Position numbers and translations under genes: made by a program. This document shows positions 38,052 to 51,298 of a stretch of DNA of 64,000 bases, piece after piece (within the stretch, counting starts at the first letter, position 1; each line of letters starts with the position of its first letter). The notes under the pieces are model-generated. The model made no database searches, had not been told where the DNA came from, and was given only the letters and a program-made list of their open reading frames with translations. The stretch is from Malacoraja senta (lineage: Eukaryota). The DNA lies in NCBI GenBank assembly GCA_038087875.1, contig CM075988.1:20462001-20526000 (forward strand). The letters are read 5' to 3'.

Positions 38052-38468
38052 AGAATGGGTCGACTGGGCTTATATTCACTGGAATTTAGAAGGATGATAG
38101 GGGATCTTAAAGAAACATAAAATTCTTAAGGGATGGGACAGGCTAGATGCAGGATAAATGTCCCCGAAGTTGGGGGAGTCCAGAACTGGGGGGTCACAGT
38201 TGCAGAATAAGGGGTGGGCCATTTAGATCTGAGATGAGGACAAACTTTTCACCCAGAGAGTTGTGAATCTGTGGAATTCTCTGCCACAGAAGGTAGTGGA
38301 GGCCAACTCACTGGATGTTTTCAAGAGAGAGTTAAACAGAGCAAACAGAATCAAGGGATATGGGGAAAAGGCAGGAATGAGGTACTAATTTTGAATGATC
38401 AGCCATGATCATATTGAAGGGCCGACTGGCCTACTCCTGCACCTATTTTTTATGTTTCTATGTTTCTA
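38052..38468 (+). mobile_element. CR1 3' fragment
   Basis: GRLGLYSLEFRR...FTQRVVNLWNSLPQKVVEA; TATGTTTC tail. Confidence 0.9.
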
Positions 38469-39472
38469 AACCGTACAATGATCAGGAAACACAAGCCATT
38501 ACTACTAGAGTTAGTTAGAATTGAAATCACACAAGGACATTTGAACCATGGTTCTTCTATGTATAAATGTAAGAGACTCTTAAATTTTCCTGATCCATTA
38601 CAATGTTGGTTGGTTAGAAATTTGCTATGAATGTGATGTTAAGTGGTCTTCCTTTCTTGTAGTAAATCTCTATTATCCCATGTTTTGCCCAGAATTGCCC
38701 AATGTGTTACTAAGAATTACTCTCGGTTTTGGCCTTTCCCCTGCAGTCTGGTGAGTGCGTAAACATTAATGACCCTCTATATGCTTTATTGAATTATAAT
38801 ATCTAACCCCATCGCGCTTCAGATAGCTTGATGAGTGTTTAAACTTCTGAATATGCTCTAACCAATTTACCAACAATGTTTCATTTACCCGGGTGATGAC
38901 TGCTTTATGGAGTGTGAATATATTGCTTATCCTTCCCCAAACTTGCTGGTCATACATTCACCGTGCCTCTGCTTAATGTTCGGCATTACGACTCAGTTTG
39001 CCACTGTCAGACTTTGGACCAGAATGAAAGCAAGAAAAAGCTGAAGGGGAATGTTAGAAAAGTCAGTGAAAGAGGGAGAATGTAAGGAATATGGGTGCAT
39101 TGATGAATCAGACTTATTTTGACCATAAGACATAGGAGCAGAATTAAGCCATTCAGCTATGCTAGTGGTTTTTAAGAGGCTTTTAGATGGGGATATGGAA
39201 ATGCAGGGAATAGAGGGATATGGATCATGTGCAGGTAGATGAGATCAGACTAACTTGACATCATGTTCAGCACAAACATTGTGGTCCGAAGGGCCCGTTC
39301 CTGTGCTGTACTGTTCTATGTTCTACATATCGCTTGGCAGGGCAAGCTTGAGGGGCCTTGTGGCCTATTCCAGCTCCTACTGTATTTCCTTGTTTTATTG
39401 TTAATGGAGCACATTTAAGCATTGCACATACAGATAGGACTGGCGTGCGTCAGCTAAAAATCAAGAGCCTAA

Positions 39473-39770
39473 GGGGCGTCATGGTGGCGCAGCGGTAGAC
39501 TTGCTGCCTTACAGCGTCAGAGACCCGGTTTCGATCCTGACTACGAGTGCTATCTGTACGTAGTTTGTACGTTCTCCCTGTGACCAGGTGGATTTTCCCC
39601 GGGGTGCTTTGGTTTCCTCCCACACTCCAAACATGTACAGGTTTGTAGGTTAATTGGCTTTGGTAAATTGTAAATTGCCCCTAGTATATCGGATGGTGCT
39701 AGTGTACGGGGATCGCTGGTCGGCGCGGACTCAGTGGGCCAAAGGGCTTGTTTCCGTGCTGTATCTCTAA
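39473..39770 (+). mobile_element. HE1-like V-SINE, full length
   Basis: A and B boxes, V core, tail. Confidence 0.9.
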
Positions 39771-40464
39771 GCTTATTACCAAAAAACAGATTAAAAATTG
39801 CAATTTTCTTTTGTTGCTTTTTTTTCCCCTCAAGGAAATGCTGTAAACAATTAATCATGAGAATGTGGCTGTTCGCCCCACAGCCTACACAATGTACACT
39901 CAGACAGGGCCTAACTGTTTCATCATACACAAACGTTGTTTACTCAAATATAATTAGACCCTTAAAATAATATTTTCCCTTCTGATTTTACCCAAATCTT
40001 TGACCAAACTCTTTTGCCAGTAAGCAACATTTAACTACTAGTTCTCCTGTTTTGATTTTCATAGTCGTAGTCATAGAATGATACAGTGTGGAAACAGGCC
40101 CTTCAGCCCAACTTGCCCACACTGGCCAACATGTCCCAGCTATCCTAGTTCCACCTGCCTGTGTTTGGCCCATATCCCTCCAAACCTTTCCTATCCATGT
40201 ACCTGTCTAATTGTTTCTTAAACATTGGGATAGTTCCTGCCTCAACTATCTCCTCAAGCAGCTTGTTCCATACACCCACCAACCTTTGTGTGAAAAAAAA
40301 TTCCTATTAAATCTTTTCCCCTTCACCTTGAACCCATGCCCTCTGTGTCTCAATTCACCTATTCCGGGCATGAGATCTTGTCAAAATGTTTACCCTACAA
40401 GTCATTTGACAGGGTCTTACAGCTTGGAAACATGCTCATCGGCCCACATTGCCCACAATACAAA

Positions 40465-41200
40465 CAATACAATATACAATACCGTTTATTGTCATTTGAA
40501 CCTCAAACGAAATTTGGTTTCTGCAGTCATACAACAAGAAAAAAAACCCAAGACACACAATTAACACAATTAACACAAACATCCATCACAGTGAATCTCC
40601 TCCTCATTGTGATGGAAGGCAAAGTCATTGTCTCTCCCCTGTTTTCCCATTCTTCTCCCGATGTTAAAGCCCCCAGTGGGCGATGGCAAGTCCCGCGGCT
40701 GTTAGGGCCACGCCGGGCGATGTAAGGCCCCGCTCCGGGTCGTTTTCAACCCCGCAATTCGGGTGGGAGAAGTTGCCGTTGCAGGAGCTCCGAAAGGCGG
40801 TCTCCCACCAGGGACCCTCGAGCTCCCGATGTCACCGTCCACCGGGCCTGCGGCTGGAGCCTCCGAAGCTCCGAAGTCAGGTCGCAGCCGCGCGCCACCA
40901 CAGCTCTCCACGCTCCGAAGCCGGCTAGCTCCACGATGGTGAGTCCGCAGGCTCCGCGACTGGAGCCCCCATGTCGTTCCGGTTGGAGGCCGCTCCATGG
41001 TGCTAAGCCCCAACGACAATGGAGTCGGGTCCCTCATACAGGGAAGAGATAAAAAAGTTTCCCCAACCCCCCCCCCCACACACATATACACAGCTAAAAA
41101 CAATATATAAACTACAACCAAACTATACACTCAACAGGACAAAACATTTTAAAAAGACAGACGGACTGCAGTAGCCGCTGCCGCGAGGCGCCGCCATCTT
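40465..41200 (-). mobile_element. Apparently complete bipartite Rex-Babar-derived non-autonomous element
   Basis: Minus strand starts AAGATGGCGGCGCC; GC-rich body, LPSIT-coding hairpin junction at ~40582-40621, AATAAA and (ATTGT)n tail. Confidence 0.7.
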
Positions 41201-42888
41201 ACCTTTATCGCCGACCAAGTTGACATTCTGGGCTAGTCCCATTTGCCTCCATCTTGTCCATAGCCCTCTAAAGCCTTCCTATCCACATATCTGTCCATCA
41301 TAATTGTATCCATTTCGATAGCTTCCTCTGGCAGCTCAATGCAGATACGGACTACCCTCTGAGTGAAAGGGCTGACACTGAGGTCCCTCTTAAGTTTCTC
41401 CCCTCTCACCTGAAGCGTAGTTTTAGAATCCTCTACCCTACTCTTCTCCTTCCTGGCTCTGATCACCGGTGGCCCGCTGGAAATATCTCATGATTTTGTA
41501 CCTGCTAATCAGTGGCTGATTGACACATTATGGCCAGATCATCAGGCAGATTGATGAATATTGAGTCATTAAAATCAAAATAATAAAACAAACAATTGAA
41601 GAATCTTCTTCAAAGATGGGTGGTCCCTGCAGTACTTGCAGACGTAAACCCAGCACTCCAGGGACTACAATGGTTAACAACAAAAAGACCTATCTGGTAT
41701 CTGTCTGATTTGTCCAAGATTATTCCGAGTACATTGAAAAATGCCTATGCATTTGCTTCACACAAATAAAGACTGAAAATATGGAGTTGGTTGGAGTTCA
41801 GCCAATCAATGTTCAATAGTGCTTTATTGTCTGGTATGAAGTGCAAATGCACAGTGAAATTTGATTCTGACAAACACTCCACTAGAGTATTGCCATACAA
41901 TCCCCGATTAGCGATTGTACAGAAATAATCCGAGCCCTCATGCAAGAGGTGGCATGTTTTGGCCAACAAGATTGGATGAATCTCCAAAATGTGCACTTCT
42001 CCTGGCCAAACACTGGTTCCTGCCAGAAAATCTACGATAAAAACATTTTGGGCTAAAATACAGTCCTGCTGTCTATTAGTGATGTTGTGGGCCTCCTATG
42101 TTGAGGAGAGGCTGCCCAATGGAACTTGTTTATGATAGAGAAAGATGCTGCATTTAAACCAGAATGGTGAATTAATATGCATTATATGAATTTATTAAAC
42201 TGCAACCCAACTAAAATGTGTGGCTCAATAAAATAACATTGTATTTATCACAAGGTACACAAAAATGCTGGAGAAACTCAGCGGGTGCAGCAGCATCTAG
42301 GGAGCGAAGGAAATAGGCAACGTTTCGGGCCGAAACCCTTCTTCAGAATTTATCACATTCTGTCAACTATAAGTTTTAGAGTGTTACCTGGATTTGACAA
42401 TCTAACATTTACAAATGTCATCAATATACAGGACCAGGCTCTCTCTTCAGTTTTGTTTTCTCTTTCCCTCCCTCTCTTCCTCTCTCTCTTTCTCTCTCAG
42501 TCTCTCCTTCTTTCGCTCAGTCCGTCGTTCTCTCTCTTGCGCTCATCCACAAATATATACATGTCCAAACATGCGTGCATGCAAACACACAAGTACATAC
42601 GTATGCACATACACATTCAGGTTCTACAGGGCCTCTCCCATGCACACAAACACAAAACATGCATGCAAACATACAGACACACAAACTGGTTCACACATTG
42701 AGTTGTCCATTCCACCTGCGATCTGCCGTTCTAGTAATGACAACCCGAGGGCATCAGTTATTAGTTTTCTCTTTCCATCATGGTCTTTGGTTTTGTAGCC
42801 TGTAGGAATGATTGTAACTTCAGACCCCCAGGCACAAAGATATCACTGTGTAGGAAGGAACTGCAGATGCTGGTTTAAACTGAAGATA

Positions 42889-43150
42889 ATTTCTTCAGTT
42901 TAAACCATTTCTTTTTCTTTCCTCTGCACTGCTTTGGTAGCTTAGGGGTCTTTTTCTTGTTCTTTTGTCTCTTCATTTTTTCTTTTCTTCTTTCCATGTT
43001 TTCCTTTTTTTTCCTTCTTTTTAAAAAAAAAAAATTATTTAGGTTATAAGGTTAAAAATGAAGCCAAAATAAAGATTCTATTAAATCTAAAAAAAAAGAA
43101 GAAATATTTTAAAAAAGAAAAAAAAAGAAGATAATTAAAAAAAATAATAA
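42889..43150 (+). mobile_element. L1-type 3' end (T-rich UTR plus A-rich tail) with 13-bp TSD
   Basis: TSD TAAACTGAAGATA at 42876-42888 and 43151-43163, TT/AAA target, AATAAA and A-rich tail. Confidence 0.65.
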
Positions 43151-45890
43151 TAAACTGAAGATAGACACAAAATGCTGGAGTAACTCAGCAGGATAGGCCG
43201 TCTCTGGAGAGAAGGAACGAATGATGATTTGGGTCGAGACCCTTCTTCAGACTTACCTGATATCACTGATACACAGATATATCTGATGACACAGATATCA
43301 CTGGCAGACTGAGAATATAGTGGCCAGACCTACCGCGGTTTGGCAAAGCGGTTGTGTGTATCATTATCCCAGGACATTCCACAAAACAAGCGATAACAGA
43401 ATAAAGGATCTCTGGAATTTTCTCCATAAGACTAGGAATTATTTTGTAATTTCCTTTTCCCATACAGAAGAGAAATTGGCATCTTGCAAGTAATCTTCCA
43501 AAGCAAATAAGCCATTTGACTCCATGTATAAATGACAGACTTCATCCCCATAAAACACCAAAGATGTCCAATTAATATCTTGCCTCTTCCAATGTCAAGG
43601 AAAAATAGATTAATTTCTTCCAATGATTATGACCGTACCTTGATAAGGTTTAAAGACCTTGCATTGCAAATGTGTTCTGAATTACCTAATGAGATATTTA
43701 TTTGTGTGAAAGAATGCAACATTGTCTAGACAACAGATCGACACTGTAGTTCACTTTATCGGCTGTGTTTTGGTGATGGTAACTCAATCTGGTCTCCGTC
43801 GAACCAAGTCTCCATGTTCAGGGTACGCTTGTCTTAGCCCAAGTCAAACATCACATTAACACTTTTCAAAGGTTTATTGACAGATATCCGGTTCCCTTGG
43901 TGTACACGGGCTCTGAGTGCCACACTCTCTGTGTGATGCTCCATCAACGGTTCCACGCGTTACGTGTTGTTTTAGTCTTGCAATGAAGTACAGGTAGAAT
44001 ATGTAAAATATGCGTCTTTGGTCGCGCCTTACATCCGTCTTCCATAAGTGTTAGAATAGAATACTTAGAATAATTTAAACGCCAGCCTCTGCAGCATCAA
44101 AGACATGTTGATGTCAGTGTCAACACTCGAATCCTTTGCTCTGCTTGGCAGGAAGAGGAAGATGGACTGGGTGGGCCTCTGCGAGAGGACACAACTCCTC
44201 CTCTTCCAGAATGTTGGCTCAAATCAAGTTGGGAATGATGGATGACAATTCCCCTCCTTTCATCGAAGTAAGAACTTGGAATGCAGCACGGGGGGGGGTG
44301 AGGTTAGTGTTGAGTCGGTGAAAGGATGCAAACTATTGCTAAGTGGGTGCTGTGCTAACATGTTTGATGCTCTGGCTGACGTGTCCCCAACATGTGACCT
44401 GATCCGGAGGGTTTGAAGCAGGGCCCTGTAGGTTTAACGCTCAGGCACAGGTTAGAACTAATCTACAGAGAATAATGTATGTCGGCTCCCTCCCCACCCA
44501 GTTCCACTCGGGGAGTGGCGTGCAGGAGGACTCAACGCTGCAGGAGTTTCCAGGGTGACTCTGAGACCCAGGGGAGGGCTCCTGGAGCTGTTGCTGAGAA
44601 CAAGGTGGAGGAGTTCCAGAGTCACATGGTCATGGAGCTTTGCAGTCATAAGGTCATCAGCGATAGGACCAGAATTAGGCCATGCGGCCCATCAAGTCTG
44701 CTCTGCCATTCAATAATGGCTGATCTATCTCTCCCTCCTAACCCCATTCCCCTGCCTTCTCCCCATAACCCCTGACACTCATAATAATCAAGGATCTATC
44801 TATCTCTGCCTTAAAAATATCCAATGACTTGACCACAGTATGGAAACAGGCATTTTAGCCCACCTTATCCATGCCAACCAAGTCAGCATATTGGGCTAAT
44901 CCCATATGTCCCATAGCCCGCTAAACTCTTCCCATCCTTCCAAATGTACAAATGTCTTTTAAAAGTTGTAATTGTATCTGCCTCAACTACCTCCTCTGAC
45001 AGCTTGATCCAGATCCAGATCTAGAATCCTAAAATAGATTTGGGAATATTCAAATCTTTTATGAATGACTACACGTCTGCAGTTTCTATGCTATGAGAAA
45101 TAAGGTAAAGTGGGGATATACTGGTTTTCTGGAGGAAGGACTTAGTTGGAAGTTGGGCATAGAATTAAAAATGGAAGCCAGCAGCTCCATGGACATGCTG
45201 TTTAACATGATGCCTCATTAAACTGATCTATCTTTACGATCCATTTTCCTCTATTCTCTGCACTTATTGTGCCTATCAAAAAGGCTCTTAAATGCCATTA
45301 TCGTGGCTAAGTGATCTAATTCTGCTCCTATGTCTTATGGTTTAATGGTTATTAAATAAGTTTGGTTTATCTAATCTCTGATCAATATATCCATATTTCT
45401 TACATTCTCAATATACCCATATTCCTTACAATACACCTCCATGTGCCTATCTAAAATCCTCTTAAACACCATTGCCGCATCTGCATTCACCACTACCACT
45501 TGCAATGCATTCTAGACCCCCACCACTCTGTGTGTGAACAAATTTGTTTTCTGCACATCTCCATTAGACATCCCCCTTCTCACCTTACACCTATGCCTTC
45601 TAGTATTGGACATTTCCACCTTGGGAATGTTCTGACTATCCACTCAATCTCTGCCTCATAATTTTATATACTTCTATCAAGGAGTTTAGTGACTGTGTAT
45701 CAAATGCTGCCTGCATTAGATGGTATTAGCTATAAGCAGAGGTTGATCAGAGTTGAATTGTTTTCCCTGGAGTAGCAGAGGTCAAGGGAAGACCTGTTAT
45801 AAGCATATAAAATTGAGAGAGGCTTAGATAGGGTAGACAGTCAGAACCTTTTTCCCAGGGTGGAAATGTCAAAGATTAGAGGGTTTACTC

Positions 45891-46199
45891 TAGTTTAGTT
45901 TAGAGATATAGCACGGAAACAGGCCCTTCAGCCCACCCTGACCCCGCCTACCAGCGATCTCCGCACATTAACACATACTAGGGACAATTTATACATACCA
46001 AGTCTACAAACCCAAGCCAATTAACTTACAAACCTGTACGTCTTTGGAGTGTGAGAGGAAACCGAAGATCTCGTAGAAAACCCATACGGTCACGGGAGAA
46101 CGCGCAAACTCCGTACAGACAGCACCCGTAGTCGGGATCAAACCTGCGTCTCTGGTGTTGCACGCACTGTAGGGCATCAACTTTACTGCTGTGCCACCC
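45891..46199 (-). mobile_element. HE1-like V-SINE inserted in a plus-strand CR1 3' fragment (~45680-46470)
   Basis: CR1 text AAGATTAGAGGG...AAGGTGAGAGG resumes across the SINE. Confidence 0.85.
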
Positions 46200-48024
46200 T
46201 GCTTGAAGGTGAGAGGAGCAGAGATTAAAGGAGATGTGTTGGGTGCTTGTTTACACCGAGTGTGTTATGGGTGCTTGGAAGGTGCTGTCGGGGGTGGTGG
46301 TGGAGGTAGATACTACAGTGTCATTCAAGATGCTTTTGGATAGGCACATGGATATGCAAGGAATGGGGGATATGGATCACATGCAGGGGTAGTTTAGCTT
46401 AGCATTATGTTCAGCACAGACATTGTGGGCGAAGGGGCCTATACGTGTGAGGTGCTGTCGTATGTTCAATATTCTTACTGAGTTTAAGAAAACCTGTGCT
46501 GCTGAATGAAAGCGCTATTGAGCCTTGTGTTTCCTTTACCTGTTGCCGAGTTGTTGCTTTGAGTAACTGGGTTGCGAGCTGTTTGTGGCGGAATGATTGA
46601 ACCCGCAAATTGCCAGAGTGGATCGCAGAGTTGTTCCTGCTGTTACACTTCACTGCTGCGGTGCGAAGTCCAGATTTGATTGTTGGCAATGCTACACAGA
46701 CAGACCCCCCGAGTCACTGCACAGTTAACCAGCGAGGGTGACCTTACTAAGGTGTACACAATCATGAGGGGCAAGGATAAAATGACTGGGGTAGAGGATT
46801 CTAAAACTAGAGGGCTTAAGCTAAAGATGAGAGTGCAGAGATTTAAGAGGGACCTCCAAGACAAGCCTTTTCACTCAGAGTAGTCTATATCTGGAATGCA
46901 CTGCCAGAGGAAGCAATGGAAGCAGATACAATTACAACTTTTCAAAAACCATCAGACAGATATATGGATATAAAAAGTTTACAGGGTTATGTGGGCGGCA
47001 TAGTGGCGCAGTTGGTAAAGCTGCTGCCACAGCACCAGAGAACCAGATACGATCCTGACCTCGGGTGGTATCTGTGTGGAGTTTGCATGCTCTCCCTGTG
47101 ACCGCGTGGGTTTCCTCCGGGTGCTCCGGTTTCCCCTCGCATCCCAAAGGCGTGCGGGTTTGTGGGTTAAGCAGGTGCACAAAAAAAGGCACAAAGTACT
47201 GGAGTAACACAGCGGGTAAGCGAGAACCTGGATAGGTGATGTTTTGGGTCAGGAAGTCTGAAGAATGGTCCTGATCTGAAACAGCACCAATCCGTGTTTT
47301 CCAGAGATTTTTCCTGATGCTCAAAGTTACTCCTAAACCTTCAGTGTTTGACTTATCCTGGAGGAGATATATTGATTCCTACCTTGTGAGGCAATATAAA
47401 GAGACCTTTACCTTGAGGTAAATATAAATGAAAGGGGCATAATGCGAGCACTGGTTTAAAATGTTCCATTCCTCATTATTTCATTGAGCACCAAATGAAT
47501 CCTTCTGTTTTAAGAAAACATTGCATTTCCTGCATGTCTGAAGCAAGTTCAGTGCGCAGGAACAGCTCCATGCACTGACATTAGCTGGACCTCTGCTGCA
47601 ATGGAAACACTCTGGTGTATTTGTCTTGACAGCAACCAGAACTTTACGTAATTTTGCTGCTCGCTTATTAAAACAGCGCAGAAGTAATAGTCCAGATTTT
47701 TAATAACCTTAACAAATCTGAGAAAAATATCTCACCAGTGAAATATGCTGGTGTACAATGAAGCCTCTGTGATTTCCCAAGTTGCCAGCTGTTGTTCTAA
47801 GACCTCCTTTATCCTGCGTTTAAGCAAGTACCAGAAGGTTTGACCTTGCGTCACAGGGTTTCTCATCAATGTAGTTGTCCTTCAGCTGGGCAGGTGGGTG
47901 TTACTGGTCTGTTCTTGACATTGGGCCAGCATTTGTCCTTTCAGTCAACGGTTTTCTATTGCATGGTGTATGATGGATTGGATTTATACCACACCGAGGA
48001 TGGATCACAGCTACATAGACTGCA

Positions 48025-48455
48025 GCAGCACGGTGGCGCAGTGGTAGAGCTGCTGCCTCGCAGTGCCAGAAACCCAGTTCAATCCAGACTACAGTTGCTG
48101 TCTGTATGGGGTGTGCATATTCTCCCCGTGACCGCGTGGGTTTTCTCCGGGTGCTCCGGCTTCCTCCGACATTTCAAAGACACGCAGATTTGTAGGTTAA
48201 TAAGCTTCTCTAAATTGCCCTTAGTGTGTAGGATGCGAATCTGGGAATACAAAGAACTAGTATATGGGTAGGAAGGAACTGCAGATGCTGGTTTATACCG
48301 AAGATAGGCACAACATGCTGGAGTAACTCAGCAGGTCAGGCAGCATCTCTGGAGAAAAGGAATAGGTGACATTTGGGGTTGGAACCCTTCTCCTTTGGTT
48401 GGCATGGACCCCTGGGCCAAAGGGCTGTATCACTAATACTACACCTAAAACTAAC
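48025..48455 (+). mobile_element. HE1-like SINE interrupted by a Penelope terminal unit (~48270-48390)
   Basis: SINE tail TTGGTTGGCATGGAC resumes after the insert. Confidence 0.8.
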
Positions 48456-49206
48456 ACACAGAACAGGTTAGCACAGGATGTTTATAAAATTATGAGAAGC
48501 CTGAATCTGGGGGACAGTCAACCTTTTTTTCCAGGGTCATAGATTTAAGGTGAGAGAGGCAAAGATTAAAGTTTAAAGTGAAGGGCAAGTTTTTCACACA
48601 GACGTGTAGGTTTAGGGATATTATCGTCACATATACAGAGATACAGTGAAAACACTTTGTGTTGCATGTTACCCAATAAAATTAAATCATGTATACAATC
48701 ATGTAAAGGGGTGCCTGGAACACACGGCCAAGGCTGGTGGTGAAGGCAGATACAATGGTAGCATCCACGAAGCTTTTAGATAGACACAAGAACATGCAGG
48801 GAATGGAGGGATATTGATCACGTGTAGGCAGAGGAGGTTAGTATAACTTGGCGTCAGGTTCGGCATGGCCATTATGGGCTGAAGGACCTGGTCCTGTGCT
48901 GAACTGTTCTATGTTCTACTTAAGACGCCCCCAACTAAGAAATAGGTTATTTTTTGGTAATCGGGAGCAATTTGAACAAATATTAGAGCTGCCTTTCTCA
49001 GGACAAATCAAAGACAGACTGGGTTATCCTCCACATCTAGTTAGGCCAGCAAAAGTTAATTACTAGACTGAGGAAGTAGAAACAAGGAAGAGGACAAAGT
49101 GTTGGAGTAACTCAGTGGGCCAGCTAGTATATCTGGCGATGATGGATATGTGACGTTTTGGTTTGGGACCCTTCTTCAGACTCACTACTAGACGGAGTCT
49201 GAATTA

Positions 49207-49492
49207 TGGCCCTGTCCCACTGTACGAGTTCATTCAAGAGCTCTCCCGAGTTTAAAAAAAAAATCAAACTCGTGGTAAGCACGTAGAATGAACGTAGCGG
49301 GTACGTCGGAGCTTGGGGACGTCTCTTAGCGGCTCGTAACGCTAACGGCAGGTACTCGGGAAACGCGGTAAGCTCGGGAAGACTCGTGAAGAATGTCCAC
49401 GAGAGCCCCGAGTACCTGCGAGCGGCCATTACCGTAAATCTCCAAGTTCGAATCAGGGTAAACTCGGGAGAACTCTTGGAATGAACTCGTAC
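49207..49492. mobile_element. Harbinger-type MITE, ~330-bp family, opposite orientation, one TIR clipped
   Basis: TTA then TGGCCCTGTCCCACTGTACGAG; right end stops at GAACTCGTAC. Confidence 0.85.
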
Positions 49493-49832
49493 GGATGCTC
49501 TCAATCTTACAATGGTTTGGCTGTGACTTGGTGATAGGACCTTCACCTCTGAGTCCCAAAATCTGAGCTGATTTGCTAATGTAGGCACTGAGGGTGCACG
49601 CCAATGTCAGAACATAGAACTTGGAACAGTACAGCACTAGAACAGCCCCTTTGGCCCACAATGTCTGTGCTGAACATGATGCCAAGAATGTTACTATAAT
49701 ATCTGCGGCCACCACCACTCCCGGCACTTGTTCCAGACACTCGCCACTCTAGGTGTAATTTCCTTTAGACTTTGCCCTTTTCTTTTGAGATGTTAAACAG
49801 TTGTCACATCTTTCTCTGCATTTACTATTCAA

Positions 49833-50160
49833 TGGTTGATTGATTGAATGTTACAGCATGGAAACGAGTCCTTCGGCCCACCGAGTCCATGCTGACCATC
49901 GATCATCCGTACACCAATTCAAAGTTATCCCACTTTCTCATCCGCTCTCCACACACTAAGGGCTATTTACAGAGGCCCAATCAACCTTCAAACCCGCACG
50001 TCTTTGGGATGTGGGAGGAAACCGGAGCACCTGGACGAATCCCATGCAGTCACAGGGAGAACATGCAAACTCCACACAGACAGCACCTGAGGTCAGGATT
50101 GAACCCAGGCCTCTAACACTGGGAGGCAGCAGCTTTACCAGCTACGCTTCTGTGCTGACC
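49833..50160 (-). mobile_element. HE1-like V-SINE, (CAAT)n-tail variant
   Basis: Reverse match to 29953-30258. Confidence 0.8.
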
Positions 50161-50174
50161 CAACAAGGATCACA

Positions 50175-50420
50175 CTATGTAAAGAAATGCTAGGGCCTTC
50201 TCCCAGGTGACTAAGCCAATATCCTTCTAAAGTTAACTTTACTAAACATTGGTGATCACATGACTACCTGAGGGAGTTTATTATGCACAGTCTGGCTGCC
50301 ATATTTCCTGTATTATAACAATCAATACATTTTTAAATGGCCTTATTAACTGTGAAGTGCTCTGGGATGAACTGAGATGATGAAAAACACTTTATAAATT
50401 CATGTTTTTAACATTCTTTC
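50175..50420 (+). mobile_element. Highly degenerate Deu-domain SINE relic
   Basis: TGGCTGCCATATTTCCT..ATTATAACA..CTGTGAAGTGCTCTGGGATG..TATAAAT resembles the Deu 3' half and tail. Confidence 0.5.
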
Positions 50421-50975
50421 TCTTTGATCATAATTGCTACTTGGACAGATGAAACATTTGCTCTGATGGATCTTTGACTCTTTCCCACCAATTTCTGTAA
50501 CAGTTTTGACATTGAGGAAATTAGCAGAACATCTGATATGAAATGGACTGTTCAACATTTTACAGCAGCTAATAAAAGATTAATGCCACAGTTGTTCCAG
50601 AAAATGCCGAAACAAGAAACATTATTTTGAATCTCACATACCAGCACACTGTATAGAATATGCTTTCATTTGGGTTTGAATGTTAACTAATGCAAGGTTT
50701 ATAGGTTGTGCTGGAGAATTGCAGAGAAATCATCCATTAAAATTCTCAGTGACACAAAAATAATTGCAGATGCTGGAATCTTGTGCAAGATACAAAGTAC
50801 TGGAGGAACTCAGCAAGTCAGACAGCATCTGTGTAGAGAATGGACAGACAACGTTTAGGGTTGGGACCCTTCTTCAGACTGATTGTAGAAGAGGGGGAGA
50901 AAGCTGGAAATGTGAGGTGGGCAATTAACGGCTGAAATGAATGGAGATGAATTTTTGAAGTGGACCAGAGCACAG

Positions 50976-51298
50976 TAGTTTAGTTTAGTTCAGAGTGGAA
51001 GAGTATAGCATGGAAACAGGCCCTTTGGCCCACCGGGTCCGTGCCGACCAGCGATCCCTCCACATTAACACTCTCCTACACGCACTAAGGACAAATTTTA
51101 CATTTACCAAGCCAATCAACCTACAAACCTGGAGTGTGGGAGGAAACCGAAGATCTCGGAGAAAACACACGCAGGTCACGGGGAGAAGGTACAAACTCCG
51201 TACAGACGGCACCCGTAGTCGGGATCGAACCCGGGTCTCTGGCGCTGCATTCGCTGTAAAGCAGCAACTCTACCACGGCTCCTCCGTGACCGCCGTGC
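50976..51298 (-). mobile_element. HE1-like V-SINE
   Basis: Full consensus, reversed. Confidence 0.9.
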
